From a virus, in IMG/VR virus record IMGVR_UViG_3300007609_000013, positions 10,129-74,128 of that record: a stretch of DNA of 64,000 nt; one strand, written 5' to 3'. This document shows positions 46,744 through 56,579 of the stretch, in pieces. A program made the position numbers and the translations under genes. How positions within the stretch are numbered: the first letter of the stretch is position 1; each line of letters opens with the position of its first letter. The notes under the pieces are model-generated. The model saw only the letters and a program-made list of their open reading frames with translations. It was not told the DNA's origin and made no database searches.

Positions 46744-47213
46744 TGTCAGATAAGATTCCGTTGAACGCTGTACTGCAAGCACTGGACCTCAAAGACAGAG
46801 AATTTTTTGATCTATTGTCGGATCAGCAGAAAAAGAGTGTAGCACCTTTTTTGCTCAACAGATATATGAGCAGTGTGCAAGGAGCAACTGAGCTGCAAGA
46901 ATACTACCTGCTGGCAGAAAATCAACGTGTGAACACAAACTTTTTTGACTACAGCAAACACCCTAAACTACAATGGTTGTTGTTGACCACAGTGAGTCCC
47001 GGGCTGGGTTCGCACAGACATGATTGGATTGCTCCCAAACGCAAAAGCAAAGACCCGAATGCAAAAAAACTAAAGTTTTTCGAAACAGTATATCCTGGCA
47101 TGGAGGACACTGATCTACAACTGCTAGCAGAACTGCACACCAAAGATGAAATTGAATCTATTGCACAAGATCTCGGATGGGATAAAAAAGAGATAAAAAG
47201 TATTTTCAAATGA
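46743..47213 (+). CDS. clamp-loader small subunit-like (gp62-like)
   Basis: PFLLNRYMS, HP.LQW pattern; weak. Confidence 0.5.
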   Translation: MSDKIPLNAVLQALDLKDREFFDLLSDQQKKSVAPFLLNRYMSSVQGATELQEYYLLAENQRVNTNFFDYSKHPKLQWLLLTTVSPGLGSHRHDWIAPKRKSKDPNAKKLKFFETVYPGMEDTDLQLLAELHTKDEIESIAQDLGWDKKEIKSIFK

Positions 47214-47935
47214 TTCCAACAAATGTTTTACAACAGGCTCGTGAGTTGAACAAAAGTCAAACCAAAGACTATGAATGCAAGTATTGCAGCAAGAAATTTG
47301 CCAAAGAGTCCACACTGTTGTCGCACATGTGCGAGAAAAAAAGACGCTGGCTACAAGAAAAAGAAATTGGTGTGCAATTGGCTCTGCAAGCGTTTGTGCG
47401 CTTTTATGAATTAACCAGCACCGGTGCTACTAAGACCTACGCAGACTTTGTACAAAGCCCGTACTACAACGCTTTTGTAAAGTTTGGTCGTTATGCCCAT
47501 CATTTGAGAGCAGTGAATTATCGGCATTTTGTTGACTATCTTTTGAAGAAGCAGATCAAGCTGGATCATTGGTGTAGAGATCAGCATTACGAAGACTATC
47601 TGCAGGATTACCTAAGAAAAGAACATGTGCAGGATGCACTAGAACGCAGTATCAAAACAATGACAGAGTGGTCCGAAGAAACAGGTGCTGAGTTTAATCA
47701 TTATTTTTTGTATGCCAGCAGCAATCGAGTGGTGCGCGACATAACCAATGGCAGAATCAGTCCTTGGTGTGTGTACAACACCAACAGCGGCATTGACTTT
47801 TTGGACAAATGCACAGCGGAGCAGATCAACCTTATGTTTTCCATCATAGATCCTGACTTCTGGCAAAAACACTTTGCCAAGCATTTGGATGATGTAGATT
47901 TTGTAAAAGCTGTGCTCAAGGAAGCAGGCATATGA
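47210..47935 (+). CDS. C2H2 zinc-finger-containing protein
   Basis: CKYC.K.F..ES.L..H.C. Confidence 0.65.
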   Translation: MIPTNVLQQARELNKSQTKDYECKYCSKKFAKESTLLSHMCEKKRRWLQEKEIGVQLALQAFVRFYELTSTGATKTYADFVQSPYYNAFVKFGRYAHHLRAVNYRHFVDYLLKKQIKLDHWCRDQHYEDYLQDYLRKEHVQDALERSIKTMTEWSEETGAEFNHYFLYASSNRVVRDITNGRISPWCVYNTNSGIDFLDKCTAEQINLMFSIIDPDFWQKHFAKHLDDVDFVKAVLKEAGI

Positions 47936-48501
47936 GCAACTTACCTGATGTAGACATTGATGTAGCAGATAGAACTAAATTGCTGAAATTGTTCAGCAGA
48001 TGGACCAATGCTAGACTAGAAGACAATTCCAAACACAACACAGGAGTGTATTTTACTGACATTCCATACGATGCACTAGCTGATTGTGCAACTCTTGATC
48101 ATAAAACTGCTGAGCGTCTGGGCTATTTTAAACTAGACATACTAAATGTAAGTGTGTACCAATTGGTAGAAAACCATGCGCATATGCAACAGATGTTGGA
48201 CAAAGAACCACCATGGCAAAAACTGTGGACAGATGCTGAGTATACCAAACAAATTATACACATCGGCAGTTACTATGATCTACTGAAGCAAATGAAACCC
48301 GACTCGGTAGAAAGAATGGCAATGTTTTTGGCGGTGATTCGTCCTAGCAAACGACATCTAGTTGGCAAAGATTGGAAAATAGTAGCAGAAGATATTTGGA
48401 ACAAGCCTGCGGATGGCGAGTACTATTTTAAAAAGTCACACAGTGTAGGATATGCACACCTAGTTAAACTGCACATGAATTTACTTGACTCGTTTGACTA
48501 G
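47932..48501 (+). CDS. miniature DnaE (Pol III alpha)-like protein
   Basis: PDVDID, H.TGVY, GYFKLDILN, LA.IRP and FKKSHS.GY within 189 aa. Confidence 0.75.
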   Translation: MSNLPDVDIDVADRTKLLKLFSRWTNARLEDNSKHNTGVYFTDIPYDALADCATLDHKTAERLGYFKLDILNVSVYQLVENHAHMQQMLDKEPPWQKLWTDAEYTKQIIHIGSYYDLLKQMKPDSVERMAMFLAVIRPSKRHLVGKDWKIVAEDIWNKPADGEYYFKKSHSVGYAHLVKLHMNLLDSFD

Positions 48502-48855
48502 TTGAATACTGCGTCTTTTTATTCTTTTTTCTGTGATATTATTTAGATTTACCACATGTCCTGCAAGTATTTCGACATCCTTGTTGTTGAAAGTACGAAG
48601 TGTATGCTTGAATATGTTCCAATCCTGTTTGAGAAACACATTTATAGGAATCAATCTATTGGATTCCCACCACCATTGATCAGCAAGGTTTAAAAATACC
48701 TGTTTTTGTTCAGTGGACTTGCAAAAATTGATATCATACAGACTGGTAAATTGACTATCCTGATTTTGTATCACACCGACATATTCCATGTCGTTGTACT
48801 TCAACACAGAAAGAAAAGGATATTGTTCAAAAAGCTCATTGTAAGTGTTTAACAT
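48481..48855 (-). CDS. conserved hypothetical protein
   Basis: YPFLS...EYVG.IQN, WWWESNR.IPIN. Confidence 0.7.
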   Translation of the reverse strand: MLNTYNELFEQYPFLSVLKYNDMEYVGVIQNQDSQFTSLYDINFCKSTEQKQVFLNLADQWWWESNRLIPINVFLKQDWNIFKHTLRTFNNKDVEILAGHVVNLNNITEKRIKRRSIQLVKRVK

Positions 48856-48886
48856 TATTATAAATATTACTGAGAGTATTTAACCT

Positions 48887-49645
48887 ATGCAAGCAGTACC
48901 AGTTTATTTATATGACAACAACTTAACAGTGCTCTACAGTGATGTTACAGTTCCCAACAGAGGTGACAAAGTGTACCAACGAGATTTAAAAGCATACAAG
49001 GGTGTCGACAACACCATAAAACTACAGGTCAAAAACAACGACCAAAAAAAAGTTGACATGAGCAACAGAACCGTGCAATTTAATGTGGTCGATCGAGCAA
49101 ATCGTGTTAATTACATCACCAAGACAGCAGAAAATGTAAATGCAACCAACGGGCTGTTTAGTGTTACTCTCAGTGAAAATGATCTGTTAGATCTAGAAGG
49201 CCAGTGGTATAATTACAGCATCACTGTGTTGAATGCAGACAACACCAAAAATGTTGCATACACTGACGATGCGTTTGAAGCCAAAGGCAATATCCAAGTG
49301 ATCGATGCTGTGTACCCAGACTTTGTAGACAGTGCACAGTTGGAGTTGTTACAAGGCACAGAATACACTCCTGCGGTGGATGCAAACGCAGACCTAAACA
49401 AAAACACAGCACTACACACTGCACAGGTGCAATTTTCCAGTGTATTTACTGGCACAATCACAGCACAGGCCAGTATGAGTACTAGTATTAGCCAAGACAA
49501 CAATGAATTTTTTGATGTTGCAAGTGTTGACTATATCAATCAGGCATCTACAGATTACTTTACTTTTGCAGGCGTGTATGCACAGGTGAGATTTAGAGTG
49601 CAAACCACTAGTGGATCCGTTGAAAATATTCTCTATAGAAGTTGA
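48887..49645 (+). CDS. putative virion structural protein (beta-rich, BppU-like)
   Basis: YKGVDN.I...VKN.DQK; beta-strand-rich composition. Confidence 0.55.
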   Translation: MQAVPVYLYDNNLTVLYSDVTVPNRGDKVYQRDLKAYKGVDNTIKLQVKNNDQKKVDMSNRTVQFNVVDRANRVNYITKTAENVNATNGLFSVTLSENDLLDLEGQWYNYSITVLNADNTKNVAYTDDAFEAKGNIQVIDAVYPDFVDSAQLELLQGTEYTPAVDANADLNKNTALHTAQVQFSSVFTGTITAQASMSTSISQDNNEFFDVASVDYINQASTDYFTFAGVYAQVRFRVQTTSGSVENILYRS

Positions 49646-49677
49646 TTATTACAGTTTAATCTGTTATACTACACCTT

Positions 49678-50670
49678 ATGAATCCTGTGCAACAGACACT
49701 ATTAAGCTTGCTTCCAGGCAAACAACGAAAAACTCCTAGCGGTTGGATCAGTTTCAATGCACCCTGTTGTGTACACAATGGAGAAAGCACAGATACCCGC
49801 AGCCGCGGCGGAGTAATTGTAAACACCAACAACATAAGTTATCATTGTTTTAATTGTAATTACAAAACAGGCTGGCAACCAGGTTGGCATCTCAGCTATA
49901 AATTTCGCAAATTGCTCTCATGGTTAGGAGCTGATGACAACGAAATCAAACGTTTGGTGCTGGAAGCTATTCGTGTCAAAGACGAAACTGAACAGATTGG
50001 ATTTGAAACTGAACAATTTGATCCAGATTTTGAAACCATAGATTTGCCCGATAGTGTGTCGTTGGTGTTGGACAGCCATGCTTCTGGGTACGACTATCCT
50101 GCAGACATGGTGGATTGTAATAATTATCTATATCAAAGAAAGTTACCACCGCATAAATTTTATTGGACGCCGGAAACAACCAATCGATTCAATAGACGTG
50201 TGCTGTTGCCTTTTGTGTACAACGGTCAAAGTGTAGGCTACACAGCCAGAATCATTGACCCCGATACCAAACCTAAATACTATACCAGAAGTCAGCCTGG
50301 GTTTGTGTATAACATTGACGCACAATCACCAGACAGAAAGTTTGTGCTAGTAACCGAAGGACCTTTTGATGCATTATGTGTTGACGGAGTTGCAACATTG
50401 GGCAACGAGATCAGCGAACAACAGGTTGACATGATTGACAAACTTGGCAAAGAAGTCGTGCTGGTGCCCGATAGGGATGGGTCCGGCAAGCGTATGATAG
50501 AACAAGCTGTGGACTTTGGGTGGAGTGTGAGTTTTCCTGAGTGGCATGACACCTGCAAAGACGTTAACGAAGCGGTGATTAAGTATGGAAAATTGTTTGT
50601 GTTTTGCAGTATTATAAGTAGCATTGAAGCAAACAAAGTCAAGATAAAGGTAAAAGCTAACAAATTATGA
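49678..50670 (+). CDS. DNA primase
   Basis: Zn ribbon (CC.H...HCFNC), TOPRIM EGPFDA, PDRD..G, KD.NE. Confidence 0.9.
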   Translation: MNPVQQTLLSLLPGKQRKTPSGWISFNAPCCVHNGESTDTRSRGGVIVNTNNISYHCFNCNYKTGWQPGWHLSYKFRKLLSWLGADDNEIKRLVLEAIRVKDETEQIGFETEQFDPDFETIDLPDSVSLVLDSHASGYDYPADMVDCNNYLYQRKLPPHKFYWTPETTNRFNRRVLLPFVYNGQSVGYTARIIDPDTKPKYYTRSQPGFVYNIDAQSPDRKFVLVTEGPFDALCVDGVATLGNEISEQQVDMIDKLGKEVVLVPDRDGSGKRMIEQAVDFGWSVSFPEWHDTCKDVNEAVIKYGKLFVFCSIISSIEANKVKIKVKANKL

Positions 50671-51419
50671 ATATTATTTTTAATGGTTGCAGTTGGACTT
50701 ACGGCGAAGGTTTCTTAGAAAATGATAGGAAAAAATACGTTTACCCATATCTTGTTGAAGATTTTTACAATTGCCAAATAGAGAATATAGCAATAGGCGG
50801 AAGTAGTAATTGTTTAATATTCCAGCGAACAGCCAATCATATGTACGAAAATCAAAATAATATTTACGTTGTGCAATGGTCTATTTTAAATAGAATATGG
50901 TTGTATCCAGATGCGGACCTGAGAATTAATACCAACATGGATAAAAATAGCATAGACTCGATATCTCAGCGAATGGGCATGTCAAAAAAGAAATTAGGAG
51001 AATTTTGTGATGTATTACGTATAATCAACGGTGATTATCATAATTTGCAATTACTTGTTACATATTGCACAGCACTTGCACATATTGCTAAATCAACTCA
51101 CAATAAAATAATTTTTGTAGATGGATTGATTGATTTGCCTAACGACTTATTACACAGGTGTAATCAGCTGTCAGATTTGTCAGATTTTACAAAAGATGTT
51201 ATTCGGTTTGATCATCGACCTGATGGGGAATTATGGGATTTATACAAAAAACTCTATGAATCTTTTCAAACATTAGACACAACTCTGTGGGCAAATTTAT
51301 GCAATTCCTTCCAGCAAGTTAGAGTTGACACTGGTCCGTTAGGACATCATCCGGGTATTAGAAGTCATGAAAATTTTTTTAATCAGGTCAAAGGAAAAAT
51401 AAGCGAACTGTATGAATAA
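50667..51419 (+). CDS. SGNH-like protein
   Basis: NGCSWTYGEG, NIA.GG.SN, HPG..SH. Confidence 0.65.
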   Translation: MNIIFNGCSWTYGEGFLENDRKKYVYPYLVEDFYNCQIENIAIGGSSNCLIFQRTANHMYENQNNIYVVQWSILNRIWLYPDADLRINTNMDKNSIDSISQRMGMSKKKLGEFCDVLRIINGDYHNLQLLVTYCTALAHIAKSTHNKIIFVDGLIDLPNDLLHRCNQLSDLSDFTKDVIRFDHRPDGELWDLYKKLYESFQTLDTTLWANLCNSFQQVRVDTGPLGHHPGIRSHENFFNQVKGKISELYE

Positions 51420-52833
51420 AGAATATAGCGTTGATTTGCAAAAATTGTTTTTAGAGATTATGATTCATGATCCACAGAGCTTTGTGCGTGTTCGCAACAT
51501 CTACAATGTAGAAAACTTTGACAGGAGCTTGCGAGCGTCTGCACAATTTATATTAGATCATGCCGACAATCACAGCACTATGCCTAGTTTGCAACAGATC
51601 AACGCAACCACTGGCAGCAAACTACAACCTGTTGAACAGTTAGACGAAGGGCAGTTAGATTGGTTCCTAGAAGAGTTTGAAGGATTTACTAAACGTGCAG
51701 AGCTAGAACGCGCCATCCTTAAAAGCGCAGACTTGTTAGAAGAAGGCAACTATGATCCAGTAGAGAAAATGATCAAAGACGCTGTGCAAATTAGTCTGCA
51801 GAAAGATTTAGGTACAGAATACTTTGAAGATCCCAAAGCTAGATTGTTACGCATCAAGGATAATAATGGCCAGCAAAGCACAGGTTGGCCTGCATTAGAC
51901 AAGAAGTTGTATGGTGGTTTTAACAGAGGTGAACTACAGGTATTTGCAGGCGGATCCGGATCTGGAAAAAGTTTGTTTATGCAGAACTTGGCTGTAAACT
52001 GGGTTACCACAAGTTTGCACGGTGTGTATCTTACACTAGAACTTTCGGAAGAACTGTGTGCAATGCGCATAGACAGTATGATCACCGATATGCCCAGCAG
52101 AGACATCTTAAAAAGCGTAGATGATGTAGAAATCAAAGTAAAAATGGCCGGCAAAAAAGCTGGTAAATTATACTTGAAATACATGAGTGCCCAAAGCACC
52201 ATCAATGATGTAAGAGCATACATCAAAGAATTGCATATTCAAACCGGAGTTAAGCCTGACTTTTTGTGTGTAGATTACTTAGATTTGTTGATGCCCAGCA
52301 CAGTCAAAGTAGCACCAACTGATCAGTTTATCAAAGACAAGTATGTTGCAGAAGAATTGAGAAATCTAGCCAAAGAGCTGGATTTGATGTTAGTGACTGC
52401 TTCGCAGTTGAATCGTAGTGCTGTCGAAGAAGTAGAACTTGATCATTCGCACATTGCAGGTGGTATCTCTAAGATCAATACAGCAGACAATGTATTCGCT
52501 ATCTACACTAGTCGTGCTATGCGAGAGCGCGGCAGATATCAGCTACAGTTGATTAAAACGCGAAGTAGTAGTGGAGTTGGCAGCAAAGTAGACTTGGAGT
52601 TCGACATTGACAGCTTGCGTATCAAAGACTTAGCCGAAGACGAAGAATACTCAGAGTTTAAAAAACGCAGCAGTACAATCTATGATAAAATCAAAGCAAC
52701 CAGCAGTGTATCCACTGGTGAAACCAGCAGCGGATCTTTAGAAGTTGATGAGCCTGGAAAGATATCCGCTGATGTTAAAAGCAGCAAACTCAAAGGTATG
52801 CTAGCCAACCTAAAAACCAATCAGCAAGATTAA
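51412..52833 (+). CDS. replicative helicase (DnaB/T4 gp41-like)
   Basis: GGSGSGKS, LELSE, VDYLDL, TASQLNR, K.R. Confidence 0.92.
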   Translation: MNKEYSVDLQKLFLEIMIHDPQSFVRVRNIYNVENFDRSLRASAQFILDHADNHSTMPSLQQINATTGSKLQPVEQLDEGQLDWFLEEFEGFTKRAELERAILKSADLLEEGNYDPVEKMIKDAVQISLQKDLGTEYFEDPKARLLRIKDNNGQQSTGWPALDKKLYGGFNRGELQVFAGGSGSGKSLFMQNLAVNWVTTSLHGVYLTLELSEELCAMRIDSMITDMPSRDILKSVDDVEIKVKMAGKKAGKLYLKYMSAQSTINDVRAYIKELHIQTGVKPDFLCVDYLDLLMPSTVKVAPTDQFIKDKYVAEELRNLAKELDLMLVTASQLNRSAVEEVELDHSHIAGGISKINTADNVFAIYTSRAMRERGRYQLQLIKTRSSSGVGSKVDLEFDIDSLRIKDLAEDEEYSEFKKRSSTIYDKIKATSSVSTGETSSGSLEVDEPGKISADVKSSKLKGMLANLKTNQQD

Positions 52834-52913
52834 CACCAGCATTCCAAATGACAGCATGTGCGGAGTAGACTAACATCTACTAAATACACTGTATACAATT
52901 TAAGGACCTTTCT

Positions 52914-53162
52914 GTGAAACGACAAACCCGATCTATACTACAAGAACTAGAAACTATTGCTGTAAGCAAGGATCGCCAGCACATAGTAGAAAGCAGAGGG
53001 CAACACATAATTGAAAGTGCTGTAAACTTGATCAATACCATACGCGAAACCTACGATGAAGAAACAGCCGCAGAACTAGAGCGCAGACTGATCAACAGTA
53101 TCAAAGCACAAGATCCTAAAAAATTCCAAAGGAGCATTCGCAAAGCCAATGAGAATCGTTGA
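52914..53162 (+). CDS. conserved hypothetical protein
   Basis: TAAATA and AAGGA upstream; RSIL.EL. Confidence 0.65.
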   Translation: MKRQTRSILQELETIAVSKDRQHIVESRGQHIIESAVNLINTIRETYDEETAAELERRLINSIKAQDPKKFQRSIRKANENR

Positions 53163-54717
53163 AGTAAACATAGGCAAAAGCATTGCACAACTCAAAGGTA
53201 GATTTGCAGGCGCCCAAGAACTAAAACAAAAAGCCAAAACCAAAAAAGAATTGGCCAAAAAGTTTGTGCCGTTAAGAAACAAAGCATTGAGTGCATGGTA
53301 CGAATATCAGGCCAAGATTCTCACCACTCGTAGCTTAAATGATGCTGACGTAACCAAGCAAGAAAAACAACAGATGTACAAGCAGTGGGCCAAGGGCATG
53401 TTTCCTAAAACCTACACAGGCAAAGTGCCAAACTTGTTTACAACCAAGTCTACACAGGCGTTTGTAGGCAAAGAAGTGGAAGAGTTTCTCAAAACCAAAA
53501 TGCCCAAAACCAACGAAAGTGTTATTCGAGAAGACAAAAACCTACATCTTGAGCACGCTGAAGATTTGATCTTTGATCAAGGCTACGATGGTGCAGTCAA
53601 GGCACTAAAGTATATAGATGCTGTGGTAGATGTGCTGGAGCAAGGACAAGGCAAAAGCAAACTCACAGTAAAGTGGGACGGTGCACCTGCGGTGTTTGCA
53701 GGCATTGACCCAGACGATGGCAAGTTTTTTGTAGGCACCAAAGGTGTGTTCAACAAAAAAGAACCAAAAATGGTCAAGAGCAAACAAGATTTAGAACAGT
53801 ACGGTGACGGCTTGGCTAAAAAACTAGGTGTTGCATTCGAACAGTTGAAAGATCTTGGCATAGGCAATGTACTGCAAGGCGATTTGTTGTTCACAGAGGA
53901 TGATGTAAAGTTGGACAACATTGGCGGAGAGCCGCACTATGTGTTTACACCAAACACAATCACATATGCAGTGCCAGCGGATAGCGACCTAGGAGAACAG
54001 ATTGCAGCCGCCAAAATAGGCATTGTGTTTCACACAACCTACACAGGCGAAACCAGAGCAGACATGACAGCACAGTTTGGAGCAGATGTCAACGGACTTA
54101 ACCGCACCAGTGATGTGTGGTTCGATGACGCTACCATGAAGAATGTCACTGGTACTGCTACGCTCACAGATCAAGAGCAAAGTGTTATCAACAAGTATAT
54201 AGCAAATGTAGGCAGATTACTGGAAACAGTCAGCAAAGACGAGTTCAACATTGTGACCAGCCCGGAAGTAGGAGACATGTTGAAAAAATACATGAATCAG
54301 CGAGTGAGAAGCGGACAATCAGTTGACAATCCTGAAGAATTTATCAAAGGCTTTGTTGATTTTTATACTCAGCGTATGCAAAAAGAAATTGAAAGCCTCA
54401 AGGGCGGCACAGAGTCTCCTGCAGCACAACGCAGAGTTGAAAAAATACAAAGACAAGAGCAGTTTGTTGAGCAAAACATGCCTACACTGACAAAAATAGT
54501 CAGCGTGTACAAAGGTCTTATTGAACTAAAAAACATGTTGGTCAAAAAGCTAAACAAGCTCGAGGGTTTGGCAGGTACATTTATCAAAACAGAAAACGGC
54601 TATAGAGTAACAGACCCAGAGGGCTTTGTTGCTATAAATGGCAAAGAAGCAGTTAAACTGGTAGACAGACTGGAGTTTTCCAAAGAGAATTTCAATGCTG
54701 TGAAAAATTGGAACTAA
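53149..54717 (+). CDS. DUF6267-like protein (ligase/nucleotidyltransferase-like motifs)
   Basis: HLEHAED, TVKWDG.PA, QGD, EGFV, KLVDRLEFS. Confidence 0.6.
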   Translation: MRIVEVNIGKSIAQLKGRFAGAQELKQKAKTKKELAKKFVPLRNKALSAWYEYQAKILTTRSLNDADVTKQEKQQMYKQWAKGMFPKTYTGKVPNLFTTKSTQAFVGKEVEEFLKTKMPKTNESVIREDKNLHLEHAEDLIFDQGYDGAVKALKYIDAVVDVLEQGQGKSKLTVKWDGAPAVFAGIDPDDGKFFVGTKGVFNKKEPKMVKSKQDLEQYGDGLAKKLGVAFEQLKDLGIGNVLQGDLLFTEDDVKLDNIGGEPHYVFTPNTITYAVPADSDLGEQIAAAKIGIVFHTTYTGETRADMTAQFGADVNGLNRTSDVWFDDATMKNVTGTATLTDQEQSVINKYIANVGRLLETVSKDEFNIVTSPEVGDMLKKYMNQRVRSGQSVDNPEEFIKGFVDFYTQRMQKEIESLKGGTESPAAQRRVEKIQRQEQFVEQNMPTLTKIVSVYKGLIELKNMLVKKLNKLEGLAGTFIKTENGYRVTDPEGFVAINGKEAVKLVDRLEFSKENFNAVKNWN

Positions 54718-54718
54718 C

Positions 54719-55369
54719 ATGTCTTTTGAATTTATAAAAAATGAACTCACAGAAGCCAGATTGTTGCGCAACGAACAAAACTTGCCAAAGACTGCAGACA
54801 CACTGATCAACAGTTTGTACTTGCATGTGCTCACACTTGAGATACTAAGACACGAAAATCCAGCTGTGGCTAAAAATTATGCCAAGCGTACACTGCAATA
54901 TCAAAACTTTGACAAGATAAGAACCAGTGCCACTGATCTACACAATCAACTGGCTGTGTTAACCAACAAAGATCTATATCATGACAAGATTCGAATTCCA
55001 GCAGAATCAAACATACCGTTTTTACAAACCAAGCAGTATCTCAAACACCTGGTCAGCGAACGCTATGACAATGGATTCAGCAGACAATATCTCTACAAAC
55101 TGCAGAGATTTTTGGGTCCTGTGGATGCTCAATTGGTAAGTGCCAGAAGAGCTGTACAAGACTGGCCCAGCCTAGACGAAAATGAGCGCAAGGGTGCTCT
55201 GGCATTGCTCAAAAGAAACTATCTGTTGCACAGTAGACGCAGTGATCTCTATGGGGATTTTGAAAGTGTGTACAAGAGTGCAGGTGCCAAAAAGGATAGT
55301 ATGGGTTTGGCCAAAAAAGCTGCACTGGCATTCGGCGCAGGCTATGCATTGGGCAAGGTGTGGAAATAA
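54719..55369 (+). CDS. hypothetical protein
   Basis: ELTEARL; C-terminal AFGAGYALG. Confidence 0.65.
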   Translation: MSFEFIKNELTEARLLRNEQNLPKTADTLINSLYLHVLTLEILRHENPAVAKNYAKRTLQYQNFDKIRTSATDLHNQLAVLTNKDLYHDKIRIPAESNIPFLQTKQYLKHLVSERYDNGFSRQYLYKLQRFLGPVDAQLVSARRAVQDWPSLDENERKGALALLKRNYLLHSRRSDLYGDFESVYKSAGAKKDSMGLAKKAALAFGAGYALGKVWK

Positions 55370-55437
55370 TACAAAAGTTTGTAATTGTATAAATATTACA
55401 AAGTCCTACGGGACACTATTTTTGGAGATATATAAAA

Positions 55438-55857
55438 ATGGCAGAAGTAACTCGTGTAAACGGTTCAATTGACGTACTAACCAACAACCTACAGAAGCCT
55501 GTAGAGTTTTACAAAATTGCAATCACTGGTCTAGAGCCAGGTGTAGCAGACGCAGGCGGCGACGACACAGCAATGGCCGGCGATCGTGGTCCAGACGGCG
55601 CAGTAGAAAAAGTATTGCGTGTACTAGAAAAGCGTAGCAGCATTCTACTAATGCAAGTAGACACAGACCAAATCTCAGTGATGATTCAAGGTTCTGATCA
55701 CTCAGCTGACTACAACGGCGACGGCAGTGAAACAACTTATGCTGCTCAGCTACAAGCTGACATTCGTGCAGTTGGCGACGTAACATCTGAAGACGGTTCA
55801 ACAACAATCGCTCTAAGCAGTGCTACAGTTACTGACAACGGTTTCAAGCTAGCTTAA
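55438..55857 (+). CDS. highly expressed putative virion protein
   Basis: TATAAATA, leader hairpin, GGAG RBS, strongly biased codons, own terminator. Confidence 0.65.
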   Translation: MAEVTRVNGSIDVLTNNLQKPVEFYKIAITGLEPGVADAGGDDTAMAGDRGPDGAVEKVLRVLEKRSSILLMQVDTDQISVMIQGSDHSADYNGDGSETTYAAQLQADIRAVGDVTSEDGSTTIALSSATVTDNGFKLA

Positions 55858-55877
55858 TAGCTCAAAACAGCACAACT

Positions 55878-55906
55878 AAAGCCCACTTTTTACAGTGGGC
55901 TTTTTT
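55878..55906 (+). terminator. intrinsic terminator
   Basis: AAAGCCCACT...AGTGGGCTTT-TTT. Confidence 0.85.
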
Positions 55907-55923
55907 ATGGCTTAAATAAAACT

Positions 55924-56460
55924 ATGACCTATCATCAACGAGTGCACGGTAGCATATCAAGTACCAGCAATGAAAACATAGCAGAAGCATTTGCAGTGTA
56001 CACTCTCATAGACATCACTGCTACTGGTATTGTAGCACCTTACAACTCAACTCTCAAGCAAGTAATCGACGACAGCGATACTATTATCAACAATGAAACC
56101 AGTTGGAACAAAAGCAGAAGCAAGCAAAGAAACTGGGAAACATTAGTTCAAGTGCTAGGGCTACGATCTTTGCCAAATATCCTGTATACGCCTGTATGCA
56201 AATACGAAAGTCTCAGTAACTTTGATTTTGGATCTGCGTATAAAGGCAAAGAAAACGTTTGGTGTTTTGAATTTACCACCGAACAAAATCAATTGTTCAC
56301 ATTAGGAGATAAACCTACAGCACTTTTACAGCAGGATTTGCATCAGGTGCCTGTTATTACCAATTTAGACGAAACAGTAGACATTTCGCCTGGTATTATT
56401 AATAGTACGGACCCAAGCACAAGAAATATATGTGTGTATTACTTGACAGATACCAAATGA
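55924..56460 (+). CDS. hypothetical protein
   Basis: TLIDIT.TG, Q.NW.T..Q...LR. Confidence 0.65.
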   Translation: MTYHQRVHGSISSTSNENIAEAFAVYTLIDITATGIVAPYNSTLKQVIDDSDTIINNETSWNKSRSKQRNWETLVQVLGLRSLPNILYTPVCKYESLSNFDFGSAYKGKENVWCFEFTTEQNQLFTLGDKPTALLQQDLHQVPVITNLDETVDISPGIINSTDPSTRNICVYYLTDTK

Positions 56461-56547
56461 TAAATATTACAAAAGATGCACTAGGCAATTTTTATCAGGC
56501 ACATCACAGGCAAACAACCGGGCACTACTTTAGGCATTCATAGCATC
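56461..56547 (+). ncRNA. AGGCA-repeat leader or small RNA resembling the gp32 leader
   Basis: TAAATA then (A/G)GGCA at 56483, 56497, 56508, 56520, 56532. Confidence 0.5.
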
Positions 56548-56579
56548 GCATTATGTAGAATATTTTGTGGAGATTTATT

